From the NCBI GenBank assembly GCA_951406725.2, contig OX597815.1, positions 195,610,001-195,674,000 of the forward strand: a stretch of 64,000 nucleotides of DNA, given 5' to 3'. The notes beneath the pieces were generated by a model, which saw only the letters and a program-made list of their open reading frames with translations, ran no database searches and was not told where the DNA came from. The position numbers and the translations under genes are program-made. This DNA is from Octopus vulgaris. Its lineage: Eukaryota. Below, piece after piece: positions 1 through 11,772 of this stretch. The first letter of the stretch is position 1, and the number at the start of each line of letters is the position of its first letter.

Positions 1-579
1 ATAGCCATGAAATAACAAGAACAAAAATGCTGAGATAAAACTAGTGTACAAAAACGTCCACACTTGCATCACTGAACTTTATAAGTTTCCACAGTGTATA
101 TATATATATATATATATATATACATTCTCCGTTTCTACGAAATGTATATATCTAGATAGATACAGTCAATTGTAAAAATAAGAGGGTCTGAATATTCAAA
201 GTCACGTATGTCCATTTAATTAAATAATTTGTATATTTTCGATATTCCTGGCAATTCATTCACAGCAACAGATATTACAAATGTTTTCGAGATGCTGTAT
301 ATAATTAAGGAATATAAAATATACCTAATACATAACAGTATGGTAATTTTCCTGTAATGTTATTCAATAGACATCATCACATTATGATTTATTCTAGCAA
401 TCAGCATATATATTAAAACACTTAGTGAGAGAGCATTTATTCATCTGATTAGACCTATAACCAATGAGTTACAAATACACTGAGTTTGTAATAATGCGAC
501 AGTCGGACGAATGAGAGAGAAAGAAGAGACAGAGGCACAAAGACATAGACATACAGAGAGAGACACACAGAAGGAGAGA

Positions 580-770
580 GAGAGAGAGAGGGGAGAAAAA
601 TAGAGAGACAGACAGAAGAAGATAGAGAGAGGAGGAGAAAAATAGAGAGACAGACAGAAGAAGATAGAGAGAGGAGGAGAAAAATAGAGAGACAGACAAA
701 AGGAGAGAAAGAGAGAGCGGGAAGAAAATAGAGAGACAGACAGAAGGAAAGAAAGAGTGAGGGGTAGAAA
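580..770 (+). repeat. GA-rich minisatellite (~42-bp unit, 3-4 copies)
   Basis: Repeated unit gagagacagacagaagaagatagagagaggaggagaaaaata. Confidence 0.8.
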
Positions 771-1238
771 TATATATAGAGAGAGAGACAGTGAGAGACA
801 CAGATAGAGAGACAAAAACAGACAGACAGACAGATAGATAGATAGACATAAAATGCGGCGCCATTTATATGACATAAGTAAAAACCTTTCTAATACTGAA
901 ATACAAATATTTCTTAAGGATTACGTGACCTCAAAGCAAAGTAGAACACACACTCAATTGTATATCACGCATTAAAGAATGTTGAAAAACCTGCAAGTCA
1001 ACAATTTGTTACTGGAAATTGCTACGTCCATATAAATATATATGTGTGTGCATGTGTGCATGTGTGTGTGTGTGTGTGTGTGTGCGCCCGTCTGTGTCTG
1101 TCTGCGTATACATATATTATAATGCATTCATAACTCTGTACAGTATATATGTATACATATATGTATATATATACACATACGAACATATATATATATATAT
1201 ATATACACATTTTTACAAATGACACACAAGAACCCACG

Positions 1239-1271
<33 letters not shown>

Positions 1272-1305
1272 GTATGTATATAAAACATATATACATATAT
1301 AAACA

Positions 1306-1336
<31 letters not shown>

Positions 1337-1345
1337 AAGTATATA

Positions 1346-1460
1346 CGAGAGGTGTATGAAAGGACTTGAGCCTCAAGAAAACAAAACAAGCAAAAAGCCA
1401 TCTGATGAAATCTTAAATGCTCAAAAACCTTAAGGCTCAAAACTTTTCATACACCTCTCG
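1346..1460. mobile_element. Mariner-type MITE (115 bp)
   Basis: TA-flanked. The left end cgagaggtgtatgaaaggacttgagcct is an imperfect reverse complement of the right end aggctcaaaacttttcatacacctctcg. Confidence 0.85.
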
Positions 1461-2569
1461 TATGTATAAAACGATATGTATATTTATATATATTCATGTA
1501 CATGTATATGTATATACATATATCTACATACGTGTGTATGTGTGTGCGTGTGTGTTTTCTTAGCTGATGTGCTTAGGTGCGCTTGAAAACAAATACTTTT
1601 GTGGTACTGTGTGTGCCTGAGTGAATATGAATTATTCAATTCATATTTCGCTACATAATTGTTTGCTAATGATATACAATTCAATGTGTAGTTCATCTGA
1701 TAAGCAGTTTTTTTGTGTTTGCTCTATGAGTCAACAGATTTGTAAACTTCACTTATTCTATTATTTTGTTCAAAGTAAAACTTGGAAGGAGCTAATTTTT
1801 TGTTGTCCACTGAAAAATCCACCGTAAGACATTCACTCACCTTCTCTTCCTCGGGTGATTATTAGCTTATAGCCATTTAAGGATTATATCAACTATGAAT
1901 TAACCTAGAAATGTCAGCCAGCCTGTTTGAGATTTTACGAATTGAGTGAAAATATTGAGTTAATGGATACGATACGTACATATATATATATATATATAAT
2001 CTCCCTTTGCAGGCAATCATTATTCTAGCAATCAGCATATATATTAAAACACTTAGTGAGAGAGCATTTATTCATCTGATTAGACCTATAACCAATGAGT
2101 TACAAATACACTGAGTTTGTAATAATACGACAGTCGGAGGAGAATGAGAGAGAAAGAGAGAGAGATAGGGAAGAAAATAGAGAGACAGACAGAAGGAAAG
2201 AAAGAGTGAGGGGTAGAAAAATAGAGAAAGAGAGAGACAGAGCCACATATATATATATAATCTCCCTTTGCAGGCTAGAGGACGCCGTGATGGCGTCAGC
2301 CCTCCTGGTGACGTTGATGATCACCTGGGGCTAAATGCATCAGTAACACCCCCACAGCCCTGCCCTGTCCCTAGCCACATTCAGATGGCTAACGTCCCTT
2401 ATGTTATATATATAATGTTGTATGTAAATAAACAAGTGTGTTTTCGAAGCGTTGAAATGTATTCTAGAACAAGTAGGAAGAAAAATTTTATTCAACGCGT
2501 GGATAGTGAACAGTATATATTTTAAGGGATAAAATCCATTTCTTTTTCAAGCAGAAAAGTTGTCGGCAG

Positions 2570-2621
<52 letters not shown>

Positions 2622-2733
2622 TGTAGTTATTATATAGAACATATACGATTGTGTGTTTAATAAGGCATGGTAATATATAATATTAGATGTTGTATACGAA
2701 GCATATATGTATGCTGTATACATACATACATAT

Positions 2734-2798
<65 letters not shown>

Positions 2799-4434
2799 CA
2801 GTTGCGGCCAAATTGTTCAGAACGGCATTGTTTTCGTCAGAAAAGTAGGTATAGGTTTTTATCAAAGTTGTTTTATATTCTATAATTTTCAAAGACAATA
2901 AATACAATATTAGTTGTTATTGTCTGAGATGTTGGTGTAATTTGAGAGGATAATACAAAAGTTATGGATGATTTAGTGATTTACTGCAAAACCGATGGCG
3001 GCCAAAATGATCAGAACGGTTGAAAAAATAACAAAATAATCAAAAATGACAGAGAATACTGGAATTATTTAATGTTTAGTGTGAAGCCCTTTAGCTTCAA
3101 TCACACTCTGACATCTTCGCCTGCATGAGGAAATTAAATTTTCAATTTCTTGCTGGGTGATCTTATTCCATTCTTCCTGAAGGGCATTCCATAATTGCTC
3201 AGTTGTTTTAGGATTTCTGGCTATCGAACGTTCTCCTAGAATATTCCACACATTTTCAATAGGATTGAGATCTGGGCTTTGAGCTGGCCAATCCATAACA
3301 ATAACCTTTTTCAGCCTTGAGGAAGTTCATGACCACCTTAGCCTTGTGACATGGGGCATTGTCCTGCATGAATATGGGTGGTCGCTTAGTTGAATTTCTC
3401 AGCACAGGCAAGACATGGTCTTTTACAAGTTGTTTATAAACTCCTGCATTTAACCTTCCATGTAATCGCACGGAAGGGCCCACACCAACTCCAGATATCA
3501 TTCCCCAAACCATGACACTTCCTCCACCGAATTTAACACTAGTTTTAAGGCATTTAGGCAACAATTTTTCAGCTACTTTTCTACGAACATACCTTTTCCC
3601 ATCTGAGCCAAATAGCATAAACTTAGATTCATCACTGAAATGCACCGTTTGCTATTTTTCTTGAGACCACAACACATGTTCGGTTGCAAAGGTAAGACGA
3701 CACATTTTATACTTGGAGCTGATCAGTGGCTTCACTGCAGGTGCTCTTGCTTGTAGGTCATGTTCAACTAAACGACGAGAGACAGTTTTTCGAGATAAAT
3801 TTTCTTCAATACAATGCTCATTTTCCGAGAAACAGCAGCAGCAGCAGCAGTTTTAAATCTGTCCTTTTTAACCAGATTTACCATAGCACGATCTTCTCTC
3901 TTGGTCGTTTTTCTTGGCCTACCTGTAAACTTTCTTGCTTCACTCTAACCATAATCATCGTAGACCTTAAGAATACCGTGTACAACACTTTTTGACTTGT
4001 TAACAATCTTTGCAATAGATCCAATACTTAAATTATCCTTCCTTCGAAGCTTAATAATCTGCTGACGAATTGGTAACGGAGTAAGTGGCATTATATTAAC
4101 AAAGTACACAGCAAATATTCTTACTAATGTTTAGTAAACGAACCGTCACGTAAACAAATTCAAAACATTAAAGTTCGCCGGTTAAATATACTAAAACACG
4201 GAGTAAAAAGCAACCGTTCTGATCATTTTGGCCGCCATGGGTTTTGCAGTAAATCACTAAATCATCCATAACTTTTGTAATATCCTCTCAAATTACACCA
4301 AAATCTCAGGCAATAACAAATAATATGGTCTTTATTGTCAGTGAACATTATAGAATATAAAACAACTTTGATAAAAAATTATATCTACTTTTCTGACGAA
4401 AACAATGCCGTTCTGAATATTTTGGCCGCAACTG
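2799..4434 (-). mobile_element. Full-length Tc1 transposon with long IR/DR-type TIRs
   Basis: ~224-bp TIRs (2799-3022 and 4211-4434) begin CAGTTG. Each carries outer and inner direct repeats (gcggccaaattgttcagaacgg / gcggccaaaatgatcagaacgg). Inserted in a (TA)n tract. Confidence 0.95.
3069..4091 (-). pseudogene. Tc1 DD34E transposase, frameshifted
   Basis: N-terminal HTH region MPLTPLPIRQQIIKLR...GRPRKTT, then FSDESKF, QDNAPCH and WPAQSPDLNPIENVW split across frames, with an in-frame stop. Confidence 0.93.
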
Positions 4435-4601
4435 TGTATATATATATATATATATACATACATATACGGTCTGTTTTTTAGTATGTGAGTGTTTGTGCTT
4501 GTATGTTAATTATCATGTTCTAAATAATCCTTCCACAGCGACTCTTCCTGCTTATAGTTGTGGTTAATGTCTCATCGACTTAGACCTCGAATTGATAATG
4601 C

Positions 4602-4813
4602 TTTCTACTATAGGCACAAGGCCTGACACTTTTGGCAGGGAGGGGAAAGCCGATCACACTGACCCCGGTACTTGAGTAGTACTTAATTTATCGAACCCGA
4701 CAGAATGAAAGGCAAAGTCAACCTCGGGGAATTTGAAATGAGAACGTAGCGACGAGCAAAATGCCGCTAAGAACTTCTCCAGCGTGGTAACGATTTTGCA
4801 AGCTCTCCGCCTT
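4602..4813 (-). mobile_element. SINE family A, diverged copy
   Basis: Reverse complement resembles the ggcggcgagctggcagaaacgttagc...gactttgcctttcatcc...taagtacc SINE at 5643 and 6879. Confidence 0.8.
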
Positions 4814-5574
4814 AGAGCGCGAAATGATATTAAAATATATTTCTATGACTAACGCACAAGAGAATACTTCCATAGTAGGCGGGTTCTCTTTTGTCTCTCT
4901 ATCCCAGTCTCTCTTTTTCCGCCAGTTCTCTTTGTTTGTATTCCCTTATCCCACCTCTTGCCTTTTCTCTTTCAATAAATTTGTACAATACGTTTTACGG
5001 ACTTTACCAGGAAGATATATATTCTATCGGCCTATATAACTTTGATGCTTATCGTTACGTACACAGATAATCATAAATTGAAAATTCCATGCTTCTCTTT
5101 AACGTGGATTTCATTTATAGTGATGTATCTGATTATTTTGACTGATCATTAAGCTTGTTTTTAGAATGCAACGTTAAATTCATATTAATTCAAGATTTTC
5201 AACTAAGCTAAAAATATTAATGGCCTGTGCTTCTATGTTGTAATAAACTGTAATGTGTAAGCATACTCGTCGATGTAGTTTTCATTTAATGCGCCAACGC
5301 AAATTTCTTTCTAAGTATTTTTTTTTCTTATTTAAAATCAATCTGATACAAAACTGAATGCGTCATATAATTCTCTAAAGGATAATAACTACTCTAACAC
5401 ATAAAACTTGTCACGAAAACGAAATGCCTTAAGGGGATTTAACGAAGTTAAATTTGTTGACATTACGTAAGCAATTTGGTTAATCACAAGTGATCTAATC
5501 GAGAATGATTATTAATGTTTTGTATTACGTAAAGAAAAAAAATCATTCTTCCTTTTAGAGGCTACATGATTCTT

Positions 5575-6025
5575 CTTTTCTAAATGAGGCCAAAGCAAGC
5601 GATTCTGAAGAGAGAAGATAAGTCGATTACATCCACCCATGTGGCGAGCTGGCAGAAACGTTAGCACGCCGGGCGAAATGCTTAGCGGTATTTCGTCTGC
5701 CGTTACGTTCTGAGTTCAAATTCCGCCGAGGTCGACTTTGCCTTTCATCCTTTCGGGGTCAATTAAATAAGTACCAGTTTCGCACTGGGGTCGATATAAT
5801 CGACTTAATTCGTTTGTCTGTCGTTGTTTGTCCTCTGTGTTTAGCCCCCTGTGGGTAGTAAAGAAATAGATTACATCCACCCATGTATTTAACTGTAAAT
5901 ATTTCATCGACCCAGAGAGGATAGAAAGCAAAGTTGATTTCGGTGACACTTGAACTCAGAACAAAGATCCTGGAGAATTTGTCGTTACGCATTTTGCCTA
6001 TCGCGGTAATGATCCTGCTGGTCTG
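5575..6025 (-). mobile_element. Old SINE family A copy interrupted by a young family A SINE
   Basis: Diverged atcgacccagagaggatagaaagcaaagttgatttcgg body lies on both sides of the insertion. Confidence 0.7.
5643..5868 (+). mobile_element. SINE family A, young, 18-bp TSD
   Basis: tRNA-like head with B-box-like gagttcaaattcc. TSD gattacatccacccatgt at 5625-5642 and 5869-5886. Confidence 0.93.
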
Positions 6026-6062
6026 ACAACATTAGGGGTAATATAATTGTATATAGGTATAG

Positions 6063-6357
6063 GTGGAGGTGCAATGGCCTAGTGGTTAGGGCAGCGGACT
6101 CGCGGTCGCAGGATCGCGGTTTCGATTCCCAGACCGGGCGTTGTGTGTGTTTATTGAGCGAAAACACCTAAAAAGCTCCACGAGGCTCCGGCAGGGGGGG
6201 GTGATCCCTGCTGTACTCTTTCTCCCACTCGTTCTTCTGTTGGCCTGCTCGCTTAGCCAGCGGGGTGGCGTCATTCGAAGGCTAAAACAATGCGAGCGCA
6301 TTGTGACCAGCGATGTGTAACAACATCTGATGGTCTGGTCGGTCACGTGATCACGTG
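6063..6357 (+). mobile_element. tRNA-derived SINE family B, 12-bp TSD
   Basis: A box tggcctagtgg, B box ggtttcgattccc, tail ending cacgtgatcacgtg. TSD atataggtatag at 6051-6062 and 6358-6369. Confidence 0.93.
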
Positions 6358-6878
6358 ATATAGGTATAGATGAATCGGATATTTTATACTAATCGTAGTT
6401 GCTATGTTTCTCCCGTTTTAAAATGCGAGAATTTACTGAAATGGATGTCAAATTAAATACAGCATACTTTAAAAAAATACTATGCATAAATTTTCGCTGA
6501 CATATTTAGCTCTTCCCACCTTTAGGTGTTTCACAGTCGGATGTGTATTATTCGGTGTGAAATTGCACAATAAACCATTACACAAATGTTAAACCATTCG
6601 CTGATATATTTCTAAATTAAATATTCAGTGGCTATTAAATTTTAAACTGATCCTAATCAAAGTTGGATTTTTAAAACAGCTATATTATTTATTTATAATT
6701 AATATCCACGCGCTGTTTCATGCACAGTTTAGCAGAAGTTTATACTTATATCTCTTAAAGTATCTTTATTAAAATACTAACCCCATTAAAGAATATACAA
6801 ATTTGCATAATCTTTACTGTCATAACTATTACGAGCGTTTATGTTATCAATAAGGGAAATATATTTATTCAAGTATAA

Positions 6879-7110
6879 GGCGGCGAGCTGGCAGAAACGT
6901 TACCGCGCCGGGCAAAATGCTTAGCAGTAATTCGTCTGCCGCTACGTTCTGAGTTCAAATTCCGCGGAGGTCGACTTTGCCTTTCATCCTTTCGGGGTCG
7001 ATTAAATGAGTACCAGTTATGCACTGGGGTCGATATAATCCACTTAATCCGTTTGTCTGTCCTTATTGGTCCGCTCTGTGTTTAGCCCCTTGTGGGTAGT
7101 AAAAGAAATA
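6879..7110 (+). mobile_element. SINE family A
   Basis: Near-identical to 5643-5868. Confidence 0.92.
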
Positions 7111-8162
7111 AGTAATGCAGAACTAATTAATTATAAGATAGTATATAATTGATACGAGGAGTTCTGAACGAACCTCTATTACACTATATTCGAGTAGGCT
7201 TACCATCTGTTTGAAAGGTGTTTTACTGAAGTAGGTTGTGTTTTAGATTTTGGTATCTTTACGTAAGTATCCGCTTCTGTACCAGAATATCTATAACTCT
7301 TTACTTATAATGGAATAATTAATGCCTCTCCAAATGAAATTAGGTCAATTCAAACGAATGTTTGAAGAGGGGAACTTTTCTTTCTCTCTTTTTATTATTA
7401 TTCTACATCTCTGTATATAGACCCCCGTCAATAACAGTTAGGTCTGTCTGCTGAGGTTACTCACCTAATTTCTTATTAATTATTTCTTTGTTGATAAGTA
7501 GGGCATCCAATAAGTATCAATGAAATATCTATATTCTTTATCTGCCTGGCTGTGTAAGTTCGGGCGTGAGTGTAAGTTTGGCCGCTGATTCTGTGGTAAA
7601 TATCTTCGAACCCTTCTGGTGCCGGTTATGGCTGACTGTTATGTAGTGCCAGACAAAAAGACTACCTCTCAGGCAGAAACAGATAACAAAGCCATAATTG
7701 ACTATATAATCTAAAAGCAAAATTCTTTTAACATCTGTATTTTTATTCTTTGTGTTGATTCATTCTTCTTTATCACGGTTGGCTCAGACCAAAGTTTGTT
7801 TGATTTGTTTTCTTTGCAATTTGTAAATTTCATTATCAAAACACGCCCAGCTCAATAGAGATTCAAAAGACCGCCAAATCTATGTTCCACTGTAAATAAT
7901 TGTTATGCACGATTCATAAAAAGCTAACTTCGACTATGTGTCAAGGACACGTCGTGTATGAACAGTTGCATATAGTATTGGTTTTAACTTTTTGCACCAA
8001 GCCAGCAGGGTTAGAAGAAACGATTACATTATCCCCAGTCCTCAACGGGTACTTATTTTACCGACCCCGGAATGGTGGAAGGAGATAATCGACTTTGCTG
8101 ACTCTGCCTTTCATCATTTCTGTATTACATATATTATAACAGTTAGTGTTTGAAAGTTATAA

Positions 8163-8970
8163 ATGGAAATGACAAAGGAGCATTTTCGAGATATTTTGCT
8201 TTATGAGTTCAATAAAGGCGACAACGCAACAGAAAGCGCGAAGAATATTAATGCAATATATGGGGATCGGAAATAAGCTCAAGGTAGAGACAATGGGGAA
8301 CATTTATCAAAAAAGGGAATCGAATCCATAGACTACGGCCTAGAAGACAAGCCTTGTCCTGGGAAGATCAGTAGAGCTCGATAAGGACATCCTGCATACC
8401 TCGGTGGAACAAAGTCCTATCGTAACTGTTGATGAACTAGTAGGGAAGCTTGGACTTGGTCATTCATTCATTCATCGATACCTGCGTGGCATAGAAAAAG
8501 TTAGCAAATTGGGTCAGTATGTTCCTATACAAATTTTTGTGTCTAATCGCGCGCAGAGGGTGAATGTATGTACTTCTTTGCTGTCACCTCTCACGAATGA
8601 AACTCTTTTTGGACCGAATGGTGACTGGTAACAAGAAATGGGTTCTATATAAAAATGTCAAGTGCTGAGACAGTTGGTAGCGAAAGGGGAAACACCGACA
8701 CCCAGGCTAAAGAAGGTCTTCACCCATGCAACTTGTTATTTGTTTGGTGGGATACGAAATGTTTAGTCCACTTTGAAATTTAAACGGAACCAAACGATTA
8801 CAAGGGAGATCTACGGCGAGCAGCTTAAGTGGCTTACGTCAGTGCTAGAAGAAAAACGACCATCTTTGCTTTCAATACGAAGGGTGTTCATCCATCAAGA
8901 TAATGGACCGCCACATAGTGCGAGGATGACATTCCAAAGACAGGAATAGTCTGAGTGGAAATCTCATGTC
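8163..8970 (+). pseudogene. Degraded mariner transposase
   Basis: MEMTKEHFRDILLYEFNKGDNATESAKNINAIYG start, KLGQYVP (WVP motif), VTGNKKWVLY, VWWD and HQDNGPPH, with many stops and frameshifts. Confidence 0.85.
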
Positions 8971-9226
8971 CATTGTCGGGAAATCTTTCGACACATACCT
9001 GTGACCTATTCAGCGACACTTTTCGTTTTCGCGTGTTTTCTTGCTCCACTTACTCCATTCCAGACAGAATGGAGTAAGTGGGTAATCAAGGAAGTGGATA
9101 AACAATGAAAAAAAATGTTCCACCAAATTCGTAATCTTTTAATGGCTGGTGTTTTAATATTTTCTTATTCACCTGTATTAGACTATTTTGCCCGAGATTT
9201 TTCCATCAATTCCATATTTTTCAATG

Positions 9227-9430
9227 TCAAGTAGAACGAACCGCTGCGAGACTTACCATGTTTTCTCTATCAAATCCTACATTCTTCAAGATCTCCTTCA
9301 ATGCATCCACGAGTATTTTCCTTGGCGTACACTGTTTCGTTTTTCCATAAACAAGATCCCCATAAAACAATTTCTTAGGGGTACACTTGTCGGCCATACA
9401 GACATTGTGTCCACATGACTGCTGCCAATT
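9227..9430 (-). mobile_element. RTE-clade LINE RT C-terminal fragment
   Basis: GHNVCMADKCTPKKLFYGDLVYGK...DALKEILKNVGFD matches the RTE pattern GHVxRMxxxRxPKxLFYGEL. Confidence 0.7.
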
Positions 9431-10469
9431 TTTAAAATTTATTGCCAGGATGAAAGAAATACTATATCGTAGTTTCGAGTTAATGAATTCTATTTTATTT
9501 TCAGAGTAAGGAATTTTGATGGAATTAATTTTACGATCTTTACTCTTTAAATATATAATGAGAAAGAAAAGCAGCATCTTTGCATATATCAACCTTACAA
9601 TTTACTTCTTTGAACTACTTCATTCTACATTCAACTTTTCCGTGATGAGAGCAATACTAATGACAAAAGTTTTAGAATATGATTTTGTTCTCAAAAAAAT
9701 GTCTGACCACACTAGAGTAATGATCAAGAGATCTTTTGTGTGCATAATTTACGATTATCTCTAATAAATTACCTCCTTCTCTTTGGAATTTCTATTTTCT
9801 TTTCGTGTATTATTTAGTGTCAAAAAATAAATCTTAACTGAGTTATTTCCTTCAAACTTTCCCTTGTTGGGGTCTTTTCACTTTATCATTGATAGGTCAA
9901 TATAATTTTTACACTGTTACACTCAATATTATTTGCAAGCATTGCCAGAGTAACAAAATGTTCCAAAAATATCCCATACTCTCTATTCACTTTCTTCGGA
10001 AATGAATTGTCGCTTGTTATGAATGTTTTGTTTTTCATTAATTGAATCGAAAAAGAACAAAACAATATTCATCCACTTTGAAAACGCGTTCCATACAATT
10101 TTACAGCTGTCAACGGAACAAAATGGAATTACTGATATAATATAGAACGCGTTATTTATTGGGATCGATAGAAAACCCGTTAGCCTTCTCTGAATTTCTT
10201 GTCTTGCACATAAATCAGAAGCGAGGACGGTCGATTGTCTGAATCATTACATTAAAAAGAAAATGGTAGTTCTTACGAATAATTAGTTTGTAAATTCAAA
10301 TCTCGTGGAGGTCACTTTTTGCCTTCCTGCCTTCAGTGTCGATCAAGCTGTATAGCAATCAATTACCAGTGTTCATTTTAACGACTAAACAAGCCTTCCT
10401 TAAAGTGGCCGTCCTTCTACTCAAACCAGACACCATTCTCCTCCCCTTATCATTGCTTTTGTTGTTGTC

Positions 10470-10477
10470 AGATGTTA

Positions 10478-10514
<37 letters not shown>

Positions 10515-10560
10515 GATTATTATTATGATTATTATTATGATTATTATTATTATTATTATG

Positions 10561-10629
<69 letters not shown>

Positions 10630-10648
10630 GTTATTATTATTATTATTG
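10470..10648. repeat. (ATT)n microsatellite
   Basis: Direct observation. Confidence 0.95.
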
Positions 10649-11075
10649 AGTGAGAGAGCGGTGCATGCCGTCAAAGTGACACTGGGGTAAAATATGCGAA
10701 GCCCTGTATACCCCATCATGACTACCCGTCTGATAAGGGTACAGTAGGCACATGCATGGCAACCATATGTTCACGACATGGTGATCTCATATCACGATAA
10801 ACAGCCAATGATCTTGCAGGTGGGGCCCAGTTGGAATTTCCTTCTGGTCGAGTAGCCCATCCCGCTCATAAGATCCCTGAATAAGGGTGGTGTAAGGACG
10901 TTGAACGAAATACCCATGTGTCCAGAGGTGAATTATTCAAACCCCAAAGAATCCCTCTCAACTCATGGGTATGATGCTCCCCCACTACTTTTCTCGTGAC
11001 CAGCCATGCACATATCGACAGCCACTAAGGGGCATGCTCAACTGGTTAAGGTCAAAGAACTGACAAGCAAATCTG
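10649..11075 (-). mobile_element. Unclassified interspersed repeat, probably a retroelement 3' portion with an (AAT)n tail
   Basis: GC-richer island abutting (ATT)n; no ORF. Confidence 0.5.
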
Positions 11076-11076
11076 T

Positions 11077-11123
11077 TAATAATAATAATAATGATAATAA
11101 TAATAATAATGATAATGATGATG

Positions 11124-11187
<64 letters not shown>

Positions 11188-11219
11188 TAATAATAATAAT
11201 AATAATGATAATGATGATG

Positions 11220-11280
<61 letters not shown>

Positions 11281-11283
11281 TAA
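11077..11283. repeat. (AAT/GAT)n microsatellite
   Basis: Direct observation; the interruption pattern is itself duplicated. Confidence 0.95.
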
Positions 11284-11489
11284 TTTAAAAAAATGCCCTG
11301 ACGCAGTATCAGGCAGTGACTCTCGTGACTTCTGATCTTAAATGATTGGAAGTGTTATCATGTACATTGTTTTGTCTTGCTATAAAAGATGGGCTACAGC
11401 AAATAAAAGGTCGTCTTCTACGAGCGCTGTTCAATGTACGGGTATGAACTGTAACCGGCTGGGAAAGTTAAACTCACCAGAAACGTCCA

Positions 11490-11772
11490 GTTAATCGTAA
11501 GAATATTGCCTTTCTTGACCAGATTACCCACTTCATGCAGTTGCGGCATAAGTAACTGAATTTTGGCTGGGACGTATTTGTCCCATTTTGCGCCTTCGGA
11601 TTTCCGCCTGTTTTGCTCTCTTCAGTATTCGCTGATTAGACAAACCTTCAACTCTGGTGAGAATGTAAAAGTTCACCTGAAAGAGTTTTCTGCCACTAAA
11701 CCAGGGAATAATCTCCCTATCTATAAGATAACAAAAATACTGGAATGGCACGGTAATTATATTAGTGAGTGA
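11490..11772 (+). pseudogene. Mariner transposase 3' remnant
   Basis: APSDFRLFCSLQYSL...HLKEFSATKP...GNYISE* resembles the mariner YSPDLAPSDYHLF C-terminus. Confidence 0.75.

Noticed and set aside
1-96. Possible Tc1 terminus ending cagtg|TA
   Set aside because: The partner end is outside the window, so it cannot be supported.
6063-6140. tRNA genes at A/B-box sites (also 17680-17752, 24300-24376 and 27648)
   Set aside because: They continue into SINE bodies and lack a complete acceptor stem; these are SINE heads.
8163-11772. Two mariner relics as one interrupted element
   Set aside because: They appear to overlap in the region around the second catalytic Asp, so they are more likely separate copies.
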